Origin: Isurus oxyrinchus
Taxonomy: Eukaryota
DNA: 64,000 nt
Reading direction: 5' to 3'
Assembly: GCA_026770705.1 (NCBI GenBank)
Contig: JANJGN010000008.1
Coordinates: forward strand, 149,110,001-149,174,000
The position numbers and the translations under genes were made by a program. Every line of letters starts with the position of its first letter. Position 1 is the stretch's first letter. Positions 63,301 to 64,000 of the stretch are shown here, in pieces. The notes beneath the pieces were generated by a model. The model worked only from the letters and a program-made list of their open reading frames with translations, was not told the DNA's origin and searched no databases.

Positions 63301-64000
63301 TCTCTTTCCCTCTGTCGCGCTCTCTCTTTCCCTCTGTCGCGCTCTCTCTTTCCCTCTGTCGCGCTCTCTCTTTCCCTCTGTCGCGCTCTCTCTTTCCCTC
63401 TGTCGCGCTCTCTCTTTCCCTCTGTCGCGCTCTCTCTTTCCCTCTGTCGCGCTCTCTCTTTCCCTCTGTCGCGCTCTCTCTTTCCCTCTGTCGCGCTCTC
63501 TCTTTCCCTCTGTCGCGCTCTCTCTTTCCCTCTGTCGCGCTCTCTCTTTCCCTCTGTCGCGCTCTCTTTTTCCCTCTGTCGCGCTGTCTCTTTCCCTCTG
63601 TCGCGCTGTCTCTTTCCCTCTGTCGCGCTGTCTCTTTCCCTCTGTCGCGCTGTCTCTTTCCCTCTGTCGCGCTCTCCCTTTCCCTCTGTCGCGCTCTCCC
63701 TTTGCCCCCGTCCGTCGCGCTCTCCCTTTGCCCCCGTCCGTCGCGCTCTCCCTTTGCCCCCGTCCGTCGCGCTCTCCCTTTGCCCCCGTCCGTCGCGCTC
63801 TCCCTTTGCCCCCCGTCCGTCGCGCTCTCCCTTTGCCCCCGTCCGTCGCGCTCTCCCTTTGCCCCCGTCCGTCGCGCTCTCCCTTTGCCCCCGTCCGTCG
63901 CGCTCTCCCTTTGCCCCCGTCCGTCGCGCTCTCCCTTTGCCCCCGTCCGTCGCGCTCTCCCTTTGCCCCCGTCCGTCGCGCTCTCCCTTTGCCCCCGTCC
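63301..64000. repeat. Compound minisatellite: 18 units of 22 bp (TCTCTTTCCCTCTGTCGCGCTC), then about 11-12 units of 26-27 bp (TCCCTTTGCCCCCGTCCGTCGCGCTC); runs off the window
   Basis: Read directly; period switches at about 63697. Confidence 0.97.

Noticed and set aside
56300-64000. Next NUP214 exon (expected NLFGNSGAKTFG-like peptide)
   Set aside because: No matching spliceable segment was found by eye; it probably lies beyond the window.

Overview
Vertebrate genomic DNA, most likely from a shark or other cartilaginous fish judging by the repeat landscape; the species cannot be determined. The window lies inside one large + strand gene, the nucleoporin NUP214 (CAN). I traced 14 consecutive GT-AG coding exons whose phases join in one open frame (3782-56299). 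They run from the [21 protein letters not shown] coiled-coil region into the FG-repeat domain and correspond roughly to human exons 18-31 (numbering from memory). The gene start and end lie outside the window. The 2310-nt exon carries a 642-nt, GC/CpG-rich 24-bp coding minisatellite encoding about 27 copies of AE(A/I)PPQP(R/K). The introns are dense with decayed elements: CR1 and L2 LINEs, a roughly 3-kb EN-RT LINE with a related SINE, DeuSINE-type SINEs, Penelope-like elements carrying minimal hammerhead-ribozyme motifs (including palindromic foldback units), hAT-type MITEs and two 210-bp solo LTRs. An adenine-free satellite runs off the right end. Almost all short ORFs in the track are repeat fragments or chance ORFs. 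All identities were judged by eye; no searches were run.
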